In this document: positions 47,828 through 57,755 of the stretch, in pieces
How positions within the stretch are numbered: the stretch's first letter is position 1
Layout: each line of letters starts with the position of its first letter
Virus record (IMG/VR): IMGVR_UViG_3300028030_000008
Coordinates: 21,700-85,699 of that record
Length of the DNA stretch: 64,000 nucleotides
Source of the DNA: a virus
Reading direction: 5' to 3' (one strand)
Notes under the pieces: generated by a model
Databases searched by the model: none
What the model saw: the letters and a program-made list of their open reading frames with translations, nothing else
Told to the model about the DNA's origin: nothing
Position numbers and translations under genes: made by a program

Positions 47828-48993
47828 ACACGCCAACTATTCAGATGAAACGATTTTTTACTGTGGGAAATGAAGTTGTACAAAAAGGGAAGGACGATCA
47901 ACTCGTTACGACGCTCTCGCTACTCATGTCTGGATTGAACAGTAATTTAACTGCGACCAAAGTGAACGGAAGCGAGATTGGATTACCGGACGCAGCAATG
48001 AAGGCGCTTGTACATGAGCGCGGTGGCTTTCCTTGGAAGGCGTTCTCTCATCCGGCGCTCACGCTTGATTTACGAAGGGGCTTACTCGAAAATCTGGGGA
48101 GTGATAAAGAAGTTCTCTTGCGTTTGCGAGACAATACTATAACCAATGTGTTCAGCGCGGATTACTCGGTTATCGACAACTTTGACGTGGCCGAGGCAAT
48201 GATACGCTTGCAACTCAACGGGGATATTCCCGGTATTGACGATTTGCTGGTTGAGAAGTTTTTCTTATCAAATGATAACCGCAGGATGCACATGCGGTTA
48301 GTTGCGCCAAATGCGTGGAGCTTTAATCTGAGCGACAATGACCCGTACTATGGCTCAATTGTTATCTCGAACAACGAGGGAGGTGAAGGAAGTTTTACCG
48401 TGCAGGCTGCTGTGCAACGGCTAGCTTGCTTTAATTACCAAATTGGAGAGACCATTGTTTCCGCAGAACATCGGCTCGGGAACGGAGATGACTTAGGCGG
48501 TACAATTGGAAAGGCTTTTGATAGCTTGGGCGGTGCGATTGGGCGTATGAAGGACAGCCTTGCTAACATGATGGATGTGAGTGTTCGGTATCCAAACAAG
48601 ATGCTTGAGAAGCTCATTGAGGACTTAGCTTTACCAAACAAAGCGGCAATCGAAGCAAGAGACTACCTGGTTGGCAATCTCGAAAACAGAAATATGTATG
48701 AGGTTGTACAAGCTGTAACGTGGGGTAGCCAGCAGCTAAGTCACGGAAGAAGTGACACAAGATGGGCGCGAAGAACTGGGCTTGAGGCAAATCTATGGAA
48801 TGTGTCACTTGATACCCTTCGTGCTGTTGGGGATGGGATTGATATTGAGGCCCTGTACTTATCACCGGAGGATTCCATTCAGCAAGCAATTGCTACCTAT
48901 TTGCGTAACAAGGCGATGGTAGTTGATGGTGTGGCGCATGAAGTCCTCGATACGACAGCCAATGAGGTTGCGGTGATGGATTTTGCTAGTTAG
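47824..48993 (+). CDS. DUF932-like protein
   Basis: SADYSVIDN, ISNNEGGEGSF, RLACFN. Confidence 0.65.
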   Translation: MNTPTIQMKRFFTVGNEVVQKGKDDQLVTTLSLLMSGLNSNLTATKVNGSEIGLPDAAMKALVHERGGFPWKAFSHPALTLDLRRGLLENLGSDKEVLLRLRDNTITNVFSADYSVIDNFDVAEAMIRLQLNGDIPGIDDLLVEKFFLSNDNRRMHMRLVAPNAWSFNLSDNDPYYGSIVISNNEGGEGSFTVQAAVQRLACFNYQIGETIVSAEHRLGNGDDLGGTIGKAFDSLGGAIGRMKDSLANMMDVSVRYPNKMLEKLIEDLALPNKAAIEARDYLVGNLENRNMYEVVQAVTWGSQQLSHGRSDTRWARRTGLEANLWNVSLDTLRAVGDGIDIEALYLSPEDSIQQAIATYLRNKAMVVDGVAHEVLDTTANEVAVMDFAS

Positions 48994-49004
48994 TCGTAGT
49001 TTTA

Positions 49005-49033
49005 GCCTCCCTCGTGTGGAGAGCGGGGGAGGT
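49005..49033. terminator. Hairpin between convergent operons
   Basis: GCCTCCCTCG/CGGGGGAGGT. Confidence 0.6.
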
Positions 49034-49037
49034 CAAC

Positions 49038-49433
49038 TTACCGTGACGACGGAAAAAGCTTCTCTTGTCTATCTTCTGGCAAGTTGCCAATAGCTGTTCT
49101 GAGAACCGCGTCGTCAACGTTATTCAGGAAGCGCTCTATCGTTGGTAAATCAACTTGCAAGAACACGTCAAGGTTTCTTCCGATGGTGACACTGTTTACA
49201 AGCGCGATTAAATTATCCTCATCTATAGCATGTGCTTCTTTTTCTCTACCCGAAATCGCCTCTAGCATCTCCAATAGAGATAACTGGTCTTTTACAATAA
49301 TCTTGTAGCGCTCAAGGGCAACTTCGAGCTGTTCGGCTATTTCTGCGCGTTCCTCAAACGCCAGCTTTTGTTGACGTACTGAGTGTACTAATGCGTGTCC
49401 AACGCGCGAAACTATATCGCCTTTATTCTTCAT
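49038..49433 (-). CDS. Hypothetical protein
   Basis: GGGAG RBS before ATG 49433. Confidence 0.55.
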   Translation of the reverse strand: MKNKGDIVSRVGHALVHSVRQQKLAFEERAEIAEQLEVALERYKIIVKDQLSLLEMLEAISGREKEAHAIDEDNLIALVNSVTIGRNLDVFLQVDLPTIERFLNNVDDAVLRTAIGNLPEDRQEKLFPSSR

Positions 49434-49773
49434 TATCTTTTTCTCCCTTGAGATAGATATGAGATTTAATAATAATCGCCAAGCTGATAATTGCACTTGC
49501 GGTCAACCACGCAGCTAGTGTGGATATTGCTGTTTTGTGCATGGACACGGTTACGCTATTACGTAGTGGTGTGAACATGGCAATGGTGATTCCAAGAGCT
49601 ATACCAGATAGTGATTGTATTCCAAGTGTCGCTAAAATCATCATAATAATTCCGGTTAATCCGTTTGCGCCAGAAAGGACGCTTTTACCTAAGTTGACTA
49701 TCCAAATTGTTAAAAAAATAAGTACCAGCAAATTTGCAATAGCGCAAATCATACCAGAAATTTGTACTATCAT
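49423..49773 (-). CDS. Membrane protein (3 TM)
   Basis: Hydrophobic segments, end of late operon. Confidence 0.55.
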   Translation of the reverse strand: MIVQISGMICAIANLLVLIFLTIWIVNLGKSVLSGANGLTGIIMMILATLGIQSLSGIALGITIAMFTPLRNSVTVSMHKTAISTLAAWLTASAIISLAIIIKSHIYLKGEKDNEE

Positions 49774-49921
49774 CTTGCCACCTGTCTGAGTCTAATGTTT
49801 ATTTCGTTGATAAGAGTTTTATTTTCACGAATAAGGACAATGTGCCTTTCTTGCTTCTTGTCCCGACGAGCTTTTTTGGGTTTCTGCTCTATGGATTTTT
49901 TTTTCCTGAGAAACTTAAGTA

Positions 49922-50203
49922 TCATTGTTTTCTTAGCTCGCTATGAATTGTGTCTTTTACAACTTCCTCTAGTGAGATTGATTTTATAATACTCTCTAGT
50001 GTCGCGTGTAGCTTTTCTTGCAAGCGAGTTAGCTCTGCCGCTTGCAAATGGTACTTCTCTGTCATTTGCTCAACTCTTTCGATGTCATCTTTATGTTGAC
50101 GCCACAAAAACCACACTGCAATAAATAGTGTGATATTGTTAAGTATCAGCGCTCCGTATACGTCTATGAGCCTTGAGCCTAGTCCGAAAACCTCAGTCTC
50201 CAC
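49922..50203 (-). CDS. Holin-like TM + coiled-coil protein
   Basis: Single TM then coiled coil after tail genes. Confidence 0.45.
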   Translation of the reverse strand: METEVFGLGSRLIDVYGALILNNITLFIAVWFLWRQHKDDIERVEQMTEKYHLQAAELTRLQEKLHATLESIIKSISLEEVVKDTIHSELRKQ

Positions 50204-50381
50204 TATCGAGAAGCTCCCTTAATTTGACAATTTGTGCGTTTACTGCTATTTGTAAGCGTATATTGCTGCTTAACGCAGTATTGGCTTCATCACGCATTTT
50301 AACAAGCTCTTTCGCTTGTGTGGTTGCTTGTTGCATTTTTGCTTCCAGTGATAGGATTTCTTTTTCGATTTTGTCTTTCAT
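50193..50381 (-). CDS. Small coiled-coil protein
   Basis: AAGGA RBS. Confidence 0.5.
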   Translation of the reverse strand: MKDKIEKEILSLEAKMQQATTQAKELVKMRDEANTALSSNIRLQIAVNAQIVKLRELLDSGD

Positions 50382-50422
50382 TACGTTTTCCTTGTTGTTA
50401 CACTATATGTAAAGGAGTTGCT

Positions 50423-50662
50423 ATGTCTTGGAAAAGTAGTTTGATGTTTGCCGTTGTACTGTTAATCGCACTGCTCGTTGTTATTGCTATTGGGTTTAAT
50501 TTAGGTTCAAGCGCAAGTGGGCAATATACTATATTTATGCCTATAGTTTTTGATGACCACCAGAGTCAACCGGACTGCGATTGGGATTATTGGATGAGTC
50601 GTCCAATGACGGGAACTGCTTTCCTCCCCCCTGTTGGTTGTTCTCCGATACCTACTCCTTAA
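50423..50662 (+). CDS. Small exported/membrane protein, antisense within late operon
   Basis: AAGGAG RBS, signal-like N-terminus, FMPIV motif. Confidence 0.6.
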   Translation: MSWKSSLMFAVVLLIALLVVIAIGFNLGSSASGQYTIFMPIVFDDHQSQPDCDWDYWMSRPMTGTAFLPPVGCSPIPTP

Positions 50663-53600
50663 ACTATTTTTAGAGTACCACTATCGCTCCAAACGTCACC
50701 GGAGGACAATCCAGAAGAAGATGTTGGGATAGCTGATATATTTAACGTAGCTGTTTTTGTTCTACTACTTACGTCTAAGTTGTAATTAACGACAGTGTTT
50801 TTACTTTGTAGTTCGAGTGGGGTTACATAAGTTGAAGATATTGGGTCGTGTATTTTGAAATACATTACGTTTGGAAACATTCCAGACGCTCTTTGACCAA
50901 CAGCATTTATTTGTGCTAAATAGCCACTGTTTGTTTCATCATACCACTGAATTGATTTTGTGTCTTCGTATGTACTTGCTGTGGCAAAGCGTAATCCGTT
51001 TGTGTTTAATGTTACGTCTCCGCCGCCAGTAACAAAACTTCCATCTGTATCAATATAAGCCTGCGTAGTAGTTCCACCACGAAAGTTCAATTTCCCCTCA
51101 GAGGCATCGAATAAGATATTTGCTTTACTAGCGGAATTATCCCCAAGGAGAACATCACGGGTGTTTAATGTCTCGCTGTTCCAAGAAACGCCATCTGCGT
51201 TTATTAAGGCAAAGCTAGGGTTGCTGTCATTGTCAGTTGCAAATAACCCATTTTCGTTCAGCCAAACTTTAGCGTTATCTTCCCCAACTGCCATAAACTC
51301 GTGAGTTGAATTTCTTACGGTAATTGGAGCATCGCTTGCGTAGATTGCTGCTATTTCGTCTGCTGCGTATGCACGCTTTGTTATAGTAAAATTAGAAATA
51401 TAGCCATTCCATGAACCAACAAATTTGATTGTACTTAAAAAGTCTACTGATGTGTAAGTGGTTGTTCCGATACTCACGTCGTTTATATATAAAGTTGCTG
51501 TGCCGTTATTAAGTGTTACGGTAATATGCAGCCATGTTTGTTGTGGTAGCTGTGCGGCGCTAAAGGCAATACTATTCCCGTCAATCCTTGCCGCGCCAGT
51601 GCCGTCTGAGCGATAGAAGAAGTCAAAATCGGTCGTTGCGTTTCCCCCATCAAATAAATACCCATAGCTGTAGTTATCCTCTAGGTACGCCCACATCATT
51701 ATGGTAAGTTCATCGTCGTTTGGAGACCAAGCATAACGCAAATCGGTGGCAGAAATTGCAGATGTCGACCCATCACTTCCAGTTGCTCCGTTCATCGCGT
51801 AGTAGAAAAAAGGTATGTGGTGGTCAAGGTTTGTTATTTGAATATCATCCAGATAAACCGTATGTGTTACATTACTACCGTAAGCGGCATAGACCCTAAT
51901 ATAACTTAGCGTTTTTAATGGGTTTATCTCTAATGACAATTGCAATTTATGCCATTCGTTTAGACTTGTACCTATGTAGACATTTTCCCCAATCGAATCA
52001 TTAGTAGCATCAGTATAATAAATTCTAAGTAAAAATTGAATGGTATTAGTTTGTGATAGAATGAAATAACGCAGCGATAGTGATACATCGCCGGTCAATG
52101 CTGTTCCACTAGCGAAATCCCCTTGAATACCTGAGTATCCGCTACCCGTTGCTGTTATTTTGCAACTATATCCAGCGTGTAACGATTGATCGCTACTGCG
52201 CGTATAGTTTGTGTTCCCTCCGTAGCCAGTCCAACCCGTAGTGTTAGATTCAAATACAGGGTTGGTGATGTAGTTTGTTGCCGCTTGGCTTACTCTTAGA
52301 GAGCCTAGATTGAATGGGGACTCTATTGATGGGCCATTTACTGCTGTTTCTGTGGTTGGTTTTTGCCCTAGATGTCCGTTGGTATTTACTTGGTATCCCC
52401 GCGAATTAAACGGTGTGTACAAGCTAACGTCTGTCGCAACAAATCCAATCCCGTTCCCACTAATAATTCCTCCGCTTATTAGCAGTTGGTCAGCCGAATG
52501 GTCATATAGTAGCCCGTGACTATTAGAGTAGTCTCCAATTTCAACATCACCTACGTCCGTTCCGGTAGTAGTTAATTGGAACGTTTTGTTAGTGCTATCT
52601 TCGCCCCACCAAGAATTTCCATCTGCGCCAATTGATACGGTTTGTGTTGCGCCATCGTACATACTCAAGTCTAAACCGTGAACCTCGAAATTCGTATCAG
52701 ATAGCAGCAGGTATTTACTTGTTGTATCTTGCCCCGCCCATAATCCGTACTCTAAGCCAACTCCGCTAATTCCATCGAGATTTCCAAGTCTTACGTGTGT
52801 AGTAAAATTGCTCGGTTCCCCTCCTGTGACTGTATCCCAAGTTTGCACTTGAGAGTACGGCGCACCCGCTGCATCAAGTACAGTGGCTTCCCACACGCCT
52901 GTCGAGCCTGATCCTGTCTGTCCATAAGACATTGCAATAGACCCAGCGTTCACGGTTTCTGCGCTACTGTATCCAGTTGTCGTTGTTGTGAATGTCCAAG
53001 ATTGTTCGCCGCCACTTAGGTCTGAGTAGCTTGTAACTTGTCCGTACACATTGGATACAACCAGTCCTCCGCCAGACGTGTCTATAACTTGCAGTTTCAC
53101 ATAATCATTCGCTACGAAAACGGCTGTGTTGTCCCATCCTTCCAAGTCTTCGATGTATAGCGTTGCCGTACTTCCCGTATTCGGGATTGTAAAGACCCTA
53201 CTTAATCGCGCTCTTGACTTGGTAATGGTTAGTCCCCCGGCCAAAGCTGCGTTTACATCAGCGGTAAACGACTGAACGTGCATCTCGTCTGCGTACATCG
53301 AGCGAAAGTCGGCGTGTCCTCCGCTTGAGCCATAAGAAATGCCCCATCCTGTAGTTTGTGACACATAATCATCTGACGAGAGAGACTTACTGGCTGCCCA
53401 ATTTGAGAATACAACATCATCGCCTTGAGGATTTAGGAGCAGGTCTGCGGTTGGGGTAATAGTTAAATCACCTGCTGTAGTTGTGATACTTTGCGCTCCG
53501 ACAAAATCAAGGTCGGCGTCAAGTTGTATGTCTGATTGAAATGTATGAGAGCCAGTCCAAGTTGGGGTTATTGTTAAGTCGAGGTCAATATTGTTACTGG

Positions 53601-54042
53601 TTTCAGTTAGCCCGTAGCCGAGGAAGTCAGTGACATCAATATCAAAAGTTCCGCCTGTAGCTATGTTCCCTCCGCCATCAAGTCCGTTCCCGGCAGTAAA
53701 TGAGACTGTTGTGTGGTCTATATGCTCGTTTGCGACAAAGTTCAATAGGGCATCATGGTCAACCCCGGCAGGTAAAACAACACCAGATACATCCTGCCCT
53801 GACAGTGATAAATCAATGCTTGATGTATCACTTACTGTTACGGGTGCATGGTGTTGTGATGGGGTAACACCACTTAAGCTGTCATGTGATGTTGTTGGTG
53901 CGCGGTTTACACTGACCGGGGTTGCTAACCCGGACGTGTAATTTATTCTGTCTTCGAGGTTGCGGCGAACAGCTTTTAGCCTGTCGATTTCGAGGTCTAT
54001 CTGTTTGAATTTTCTTTGAATTTGCGCGTTTGTTAGTGTCAT
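50659..54042 (-). CDS. Tail fibre/receptor-binding protein with CBM-like and LamG-like domains
   Basis: 1127 aa S/T/G-rich; NYITNPVFES..YLDDIQ; WLHITVT..TLYIND..DEIAAIY. Confidence 0.75.
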   Translation of the reverse strand: MTLTNAQIQRKFKQIDLEIDRLKAVRRNLEDRINYTSGLATPVSVNRAPTTSHDSLSGVTPSQHHAPVTVSDTSSIDLSLSGQDVSGVVLPAGVDHDALLNFVANEHIDHTTVSFTAGNGLDGGGNIATGGTFDIDVTDFLGYGLTETSNNIDLDLTITPTWTGSHTFQSDIQLDADLDFVGAQSITTTAGDLTITPTADLLLNPQGDDVVFSNWAASKSLSSDDYVSQTTGWGISYGSSGGHADFRSMYADEMHVQSFTADVNAALAGGLTITKSRARLSRVFTIPNTGSTATLYIEDLEGWDNTAVFVANDYVKLQVIDTSGGGLVVSNVYGQVTSYSDLSGGEQSWTFTTTTTGYSSAETVNAGSIAMSYGQTGSGSTGVWEATVLDAAGAPYSQVQTWDTVTGGEPSNFTTHVRLGNLDGISGVGLEYGLWAGQDTTSKYLLLSDTNFEVHGLDLSMYDGATQTVSIGADGNSWWGEDSTNKTFQLTTTGTDVGDVEIGDYSNSHGLLYDHSADQLLISGGIISGNGIGFVATDVSLYTPFNSRGYQVNTNGHLGQKPTTETAVNGPSIESPFNLGSLRVSQAATNYITNPVFESNTTGWTGYGGNTNYTRSSDQSLHAGYSCKITATGSGYSGIQGDFASGTALTGDVSLSLRYFILSQTNTIQFLLRIYYTDATNDSIGENVYIGTSLNEWHKLQLSLEINPLKTLSYIRVYAAYGSNVTHTVYLDDIQITNLDHHIPFFYYAMNGATGSDGSTSAISATDLRYAWSPNDDELTIMMWAYLEDNYSYGYLFDGGNATTDFDFFYRSDGTGAARIDGNSIAFSAAQLPQQTWLHITVTLNNGTATLYINDVSIGTTTYTSVDFLSTIKFVGSWNGYISNFTITKRAYAADEIAAIYASDAPITVRNSTHEFMAVGEDNAKVWLNENGLFATDNDSNPSFALINADGVSWNSETLNTRDVLLGDNSASKANILFDASEGKLNFRGGTTTQAYIDTDGSFVTGGGDVTLNTNGLRFATASTYEDTKSIQWYDETNSGYLAQINAVGQRASGMFPNVMYFKIHDPISSTYVTPLELQSKNTVVNYNLDVSSRTKTATLNISAIPTSSSGLSSGDVWSDSGTLKIV

Positions 54043-56292
54043 CTATAACTCCGCCAATCTCGCCAAGTTCTGCATGTAAACTTCAAAGGTTTTTTTTGCA
54101 GAACCCGGTGTTAGCTTAACAGTTTTTGCATCGTAGTCAACTTCAACTGCTACAAGTTGCTCTCTCGCCCAATATGAGCCCAAGTCTGTGCCACTTGCTC
54201 CCGATTGAACCGCTCTCCAATCTTCAATCTCAATTGCCTGTCCTGTAGCTTTAACTTCATCAAACGGAACTTCAACTCCGCTTGGTGTGAATATCGAACC
54301 ATCTTGCGCTGAGTATTGAGAGCCCATGCGAGCATACTTGTTTTCACCGAGCCATTTTTGCACAAGATACTCAGCCTCGTCTTCTGTATCAACATTGTCA
54401 AGCTGAATTGTTATTGCTCGGTAGTATCCATTGAAGTAAGCATCGGTATCGCTAAACCAATCGGTGAGAGTTTCCTCGCCGAGTTTGTTTACATACTTAC
54501 CGCGAACCTTTTGGTGAGCTTCTTGCATATCACCGCCTGTTGATGCTTCAACTGGTGCGGTACGGCGAATTTGATAAACTACAGTGTCAGGGTCTTGTGT
54601 TTCCAAGTACATTGTTTGGCTGTCATCTGTTTTGACGCCCCAAGCTAGTTTATTGTAGCTCCCGTCTCCAAACGCGCACGCTTTAGATAGAGCGTCTTTT
54701 GGTGTCTCAAACTCGTAAACCATTGGCTCTATCTCGTAGGATATTGTTTCGATATTTGCGGTGCTGTTGCTCAGGTTATGACCTGACTGACTTAGTTGCT
54801 CAACGACGTATTCTGCAAGTGTCGAAACTGTTATACTGTCCGTAGTTGAATAGACTCTTACGTTTGACAATTGTGCGAACATTGTCTCAAGACCCGTTCC
54901 ACCAAGATATGACTTAAATACCAGCCTAAACTTGGTTGGGCTGCCACTTGTTGTTTCATTGATAGCAGTTCGATTTTGCGCTATTGCCCCTGCTCTCCAA
55001 TCGGTGGGCCAAATAGTAGCGTCGTTATCGTCTGTAATCGAAAATGCGTAAGCTGCGTAAATTGCAAGCTCGTCATTATCTACCCACGCGGAAATATCAC
55101 CGGACGCAGTTACGTCAACCTGCTTACTTGCGATAGTCCAACTGGACACTGTTGCGTAATCGTCTTGGGTTACATTGTAGAGAACCCACCCGGTAGATTG
55201 AGAAACAACCCTCTCTCCAATGTCATTATCGTAGGTTATTGTTGTACCGCTCGGTGTTCCGTTTATCAACGCGGAGAACATTGGGTATCCGGTGGAAATT
55301 TCATCGTTGATTGCCCATCCGGTAATGTCGTTTTCATCGTCAACGGTAATAGTATCTAGGCTAGTGTCATTTGATTGAATTGTGGCTACGGCTTTTTGGG
55401 AGGTGTTGACCAACATTTGTCCTGCCGCGAGCGTGCTTTCTCCCAAGTCACTTGTGTAAGTAATAACTGCGCCAGAAACGCTTGAGATTTGTGCTGAAAA
55501 TGGAGGCCCATAAACAGTAATCTCGTCGTCTGATGCCCAACTCGATATGTTGCCGTCAACCGTAAACCCACTGGATGGTGCACTTGCGTCTGTGATTGTT
55601 ACACTTGCGTTTTGCGTAGTGTTATACAAAATCATAGTGTTGGCAACGTTACTTACGCCAGATTCATTCTTGTAGTAAACGTACCCATTGCCATCGTCAA
55701 TCGAGTCAACTTGTCCATCAAAGATAACGCCGCCGCCGAGTGACATTGACAAGTCTAGCTTGATACGCTGCGCGGTTTCTGCGCTTCCATCGTAAAGCTC
55801 CCCCTTAAATTCGTACTCAAGCTCGGTGTAGGCATTTACATCTGCTTCCTCTGTTGAAGCGTGCATAAATAAACCGATAGCGTTTGAACCAGTGCCAAAT
55901 TGGTCTGGGCGGTACAGCCCCCTTGGGACTTCCGATGGAGTATTCCACATATTCAGGCGTTTATCGCAGAAATGTCGGTAAAGCTCATCATCGCCCGCGA
56001 TAACGCCAAAGCCAATGGCGGTTACTGAGATTTTGTCACCAGACGGCGAAGATGTTTCTTCAACTTGGCGGATTTGACCCACAAAGAGGTAAGTGCTAAG
56101 ACTTTTGCGAATAATAAGCTTGCATCCAAAATTGAACTCTGGATAACTATGCCCAATTTCTCTTTCAACATAAAACTTGAGATAGCCAAAGCCTCCGCCT
56201 TCTTCTCCGTAGTGATTGGAAAATTGGATACCGAGGGCGTCGGTGATAACTACTTGATTATCTCTATCGTCGTATGATTCAATGTGTAGCAT
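54043..56292 (-). CDS. Tail/baseplate hub-like protein with three internal repeats
   Basis: Position after Dit-like gene; repeats ending W..DDE(I/L). Confidence 0.65.
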   Translation of the reverse strand: MLHIESYDDRDNQVVITDALGIQFSNHYGEEGGGFGYLKFYVEREIGHSYPEFNFGCKLIIRKSLSTYLFVGQIRQVEETSSPSGDKISVTAIGFGVIAGDDELYRHFCDKRLNMWNTPSEVPRGLYRPDQFGTGSNAIGLFMHASTEEADVNAYTELEYEFKGELYDGSAETAQRIKLDLSMSLGGGVIFDGQVDSIDDGNGYVYYKNESGVSNVANTMILYNTTQNASVTITDASAPSSGFTVDGNISSWASDDEITVYGPPFSAQISSVSGAVITYTSDLGESTLAAGQMLVNTSQKAVATIQSNDTSLDTITVDDENDITGWAINDEISTGYPMFSALINGTPSGTTITYDNDIGERVVSQSTGWVLYNVTQDDYATVSSWTIASKQVDVTASGDISAWVDNDELAIYAAYAFSITDDNDATIWPTDWRAGAIAQNRTAINETTSGSPTKFRLVFKSYLGGTGLETMFAQLSNVRVYSTTDSITVSTLAEYVVEQLSQSGHNLSNSTANIETISYEIEPMVYEFETPKDALSKACAFGDGSYNKLAWGVKTDDSQTMYLETQDPDTVVYQIRRTAPVEASTGGDMQEAHQKVRGKYVNKLGEETLTDWFSDTDAYFNGYYRAITIQLDNVDTEDEAEYLVQKWLGENKYARMGSQYSAQDGSIFTPSGVEVPFDEVKATGQAIEIEDWRAVQSGASGTDLGSYWAREQLVAVEVDYDAKTVKLTPGSAKKTFEVYMQNLARLAEL

Positions 56293-57753
56293 TTACGCTA
56301 CCTCAAATGGGTAGATAGTTCCGAACGTGCAATACATATCAAATGTTAATAAAGTTGTACCTTCTGTATACTGATTTTCAGTACCCTCTAGCGGTAAAAT
56401 TGCTACGTTGTAGTTTTTGTCAGAGTCAATAATAAAACTTTCCGGTGGAGTGCCCTTCTTCCAACTCACTCCGCCTTCTATTCGTTCTGTAATATCAACT
56501 CCACCTACTCTATCTGTCGTTATATACGCACTTCCATCAACAGCAGACACTATCAGGTATCTGTGATAATCGCTGTTGTACCCGAAATCTGTTACCGTGT
56601 ATGTGCTAATGTGCGCTACAATGGAGTCTTGAGGGATAAACCATAGAAAGTCAAAGTCTATTTCTGCTGTGGATGGTGTTCCGCCTGTCAGGTCAAAGTA
56701 AACATTGACAGACATTGTGTCATTGTTAATCATTTCTTCTTTTGCGGAAAATGGTGGCAGTGCTACAGAGTGAAAATCGTAATTCACTGCAAGGATAGAA
56801 TCGCTTTGTGTAATATCTATAGACTCATCAGACCACGCACTTATTCTAATGCTTGTACTCCAAGTTCCGCCACTGCTGTTGATATTATACCCAAATAGCA
56901 CATTGAACATTCCAAAATGCGTACTTGAGATGTTCATATCGTTGAATATATCAAATGCGATACTGTTAGTATTATCTGGGTTAGTTAGCTCGTAATATTG
57001 CCCACCAGAGAACGAGCTATTAGACACAATACTCCAAGTCCCACATTGGTATCCAGTTTGAGGTGTTCCATCTTCTGCCTCAACTAGCCCCGGTACTGGG
57101 TCGGTGTAGTTATCAACCTCAGACACAGCGATAATAACGTTGTTCGACGAGTTAGCCCCGATTGCTGTAGCTGTGTGGCATGTTATTTTTGCATGCAATA
57201 GTGAAATATCGCCCTTAAGAGACGAGGATGATATACCGAGAGAGTCCGTTATTGATGTTTGGACAGTTTGCCCAAGATGAGTTAATGAGTCTGGATCGCT
57301 TGTTGCCCAAGCCTTAATCATTACCTTGTACTCGAAAAGTTGAGCCAGCTTGTAATTAGAGACAACAGGCTTGTTGTTTTTTCCAGTAGATTTCGGGGGG
57401 CTAGAACGAAGGTAACGATACCAAGTTGACATTACGGAACTATCAAATTCGGCGGGTCTAAACTCGATATATCCCCCATCTTTGTCCCTAAAAGCTCGCG
57501 ACAGGGTTCTTTGCGCCGCAGCAATTTCTTCCCATGTGTCACCGGCGATGATGATGCGTAAGTCTATCTCTACATCTCCGTAGTCTATGCCGTTTACTTT
57601 TCCGCCGGATAACCCCTCTGAGTACAATACCTTTTCTCTCTCTGCCTCTTTGAAGTCGTAGGTGGAAATAATGTAAGTTTCGTTATCGTCATTGGTAAGC
57701 GAGCAGGTAATGGTGCTGCCATTCTCTGGATGAATTTTGAATAACCCTGCCAT
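56293..57753 (-). CDS. Distal tail (Dit)-like protein
   Basis: Immediately after tape measure gene. Confidence 0.55.
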   Translation of the reverse strand: MAGLFKIHPENGSTITCSLTNDDNETYIISTYDFKEAEREKVLYSEGLSGGKVNGIDYGDVEIDLRIIIAGDTWEEIAAAQRTLSRAFRDKDGGYIEFRPAEFDSSVMSTWYRYLRSSPPKSTGKNNKPVVSNYKLAQLFEYKVMIKAWATSDPDSLTHLGQTVQTSITDSLGISSSSLKGDISLLHAKITCHTATAIGANSSNNVIIAVSEVDNYTDPVPGLVEAEDGTPQTGYQCGTWSIVSNSSFSGGQYYELTNPDNTNSIAFDIFNDMNISSTHFGMFNVLFGYNINSSGGTWSTSIRISAWSDESIDITQSDSILAVNYDFHSVALPPFSAKEEMINNDTMSVNVYFDLTGGTPSTAEIDFDFLWFIPQDSIVAHISTYTVTDFGYNSDYHRYLIVSAVDGSAYITTDRVGGVDITERIEGGVSWKKGTPPESFIIDSDKNYNVAILPLEGTENQYTEGTTLLTFDMYCTFGTIYPFEVA

Positions 57754-57755
57754 TT

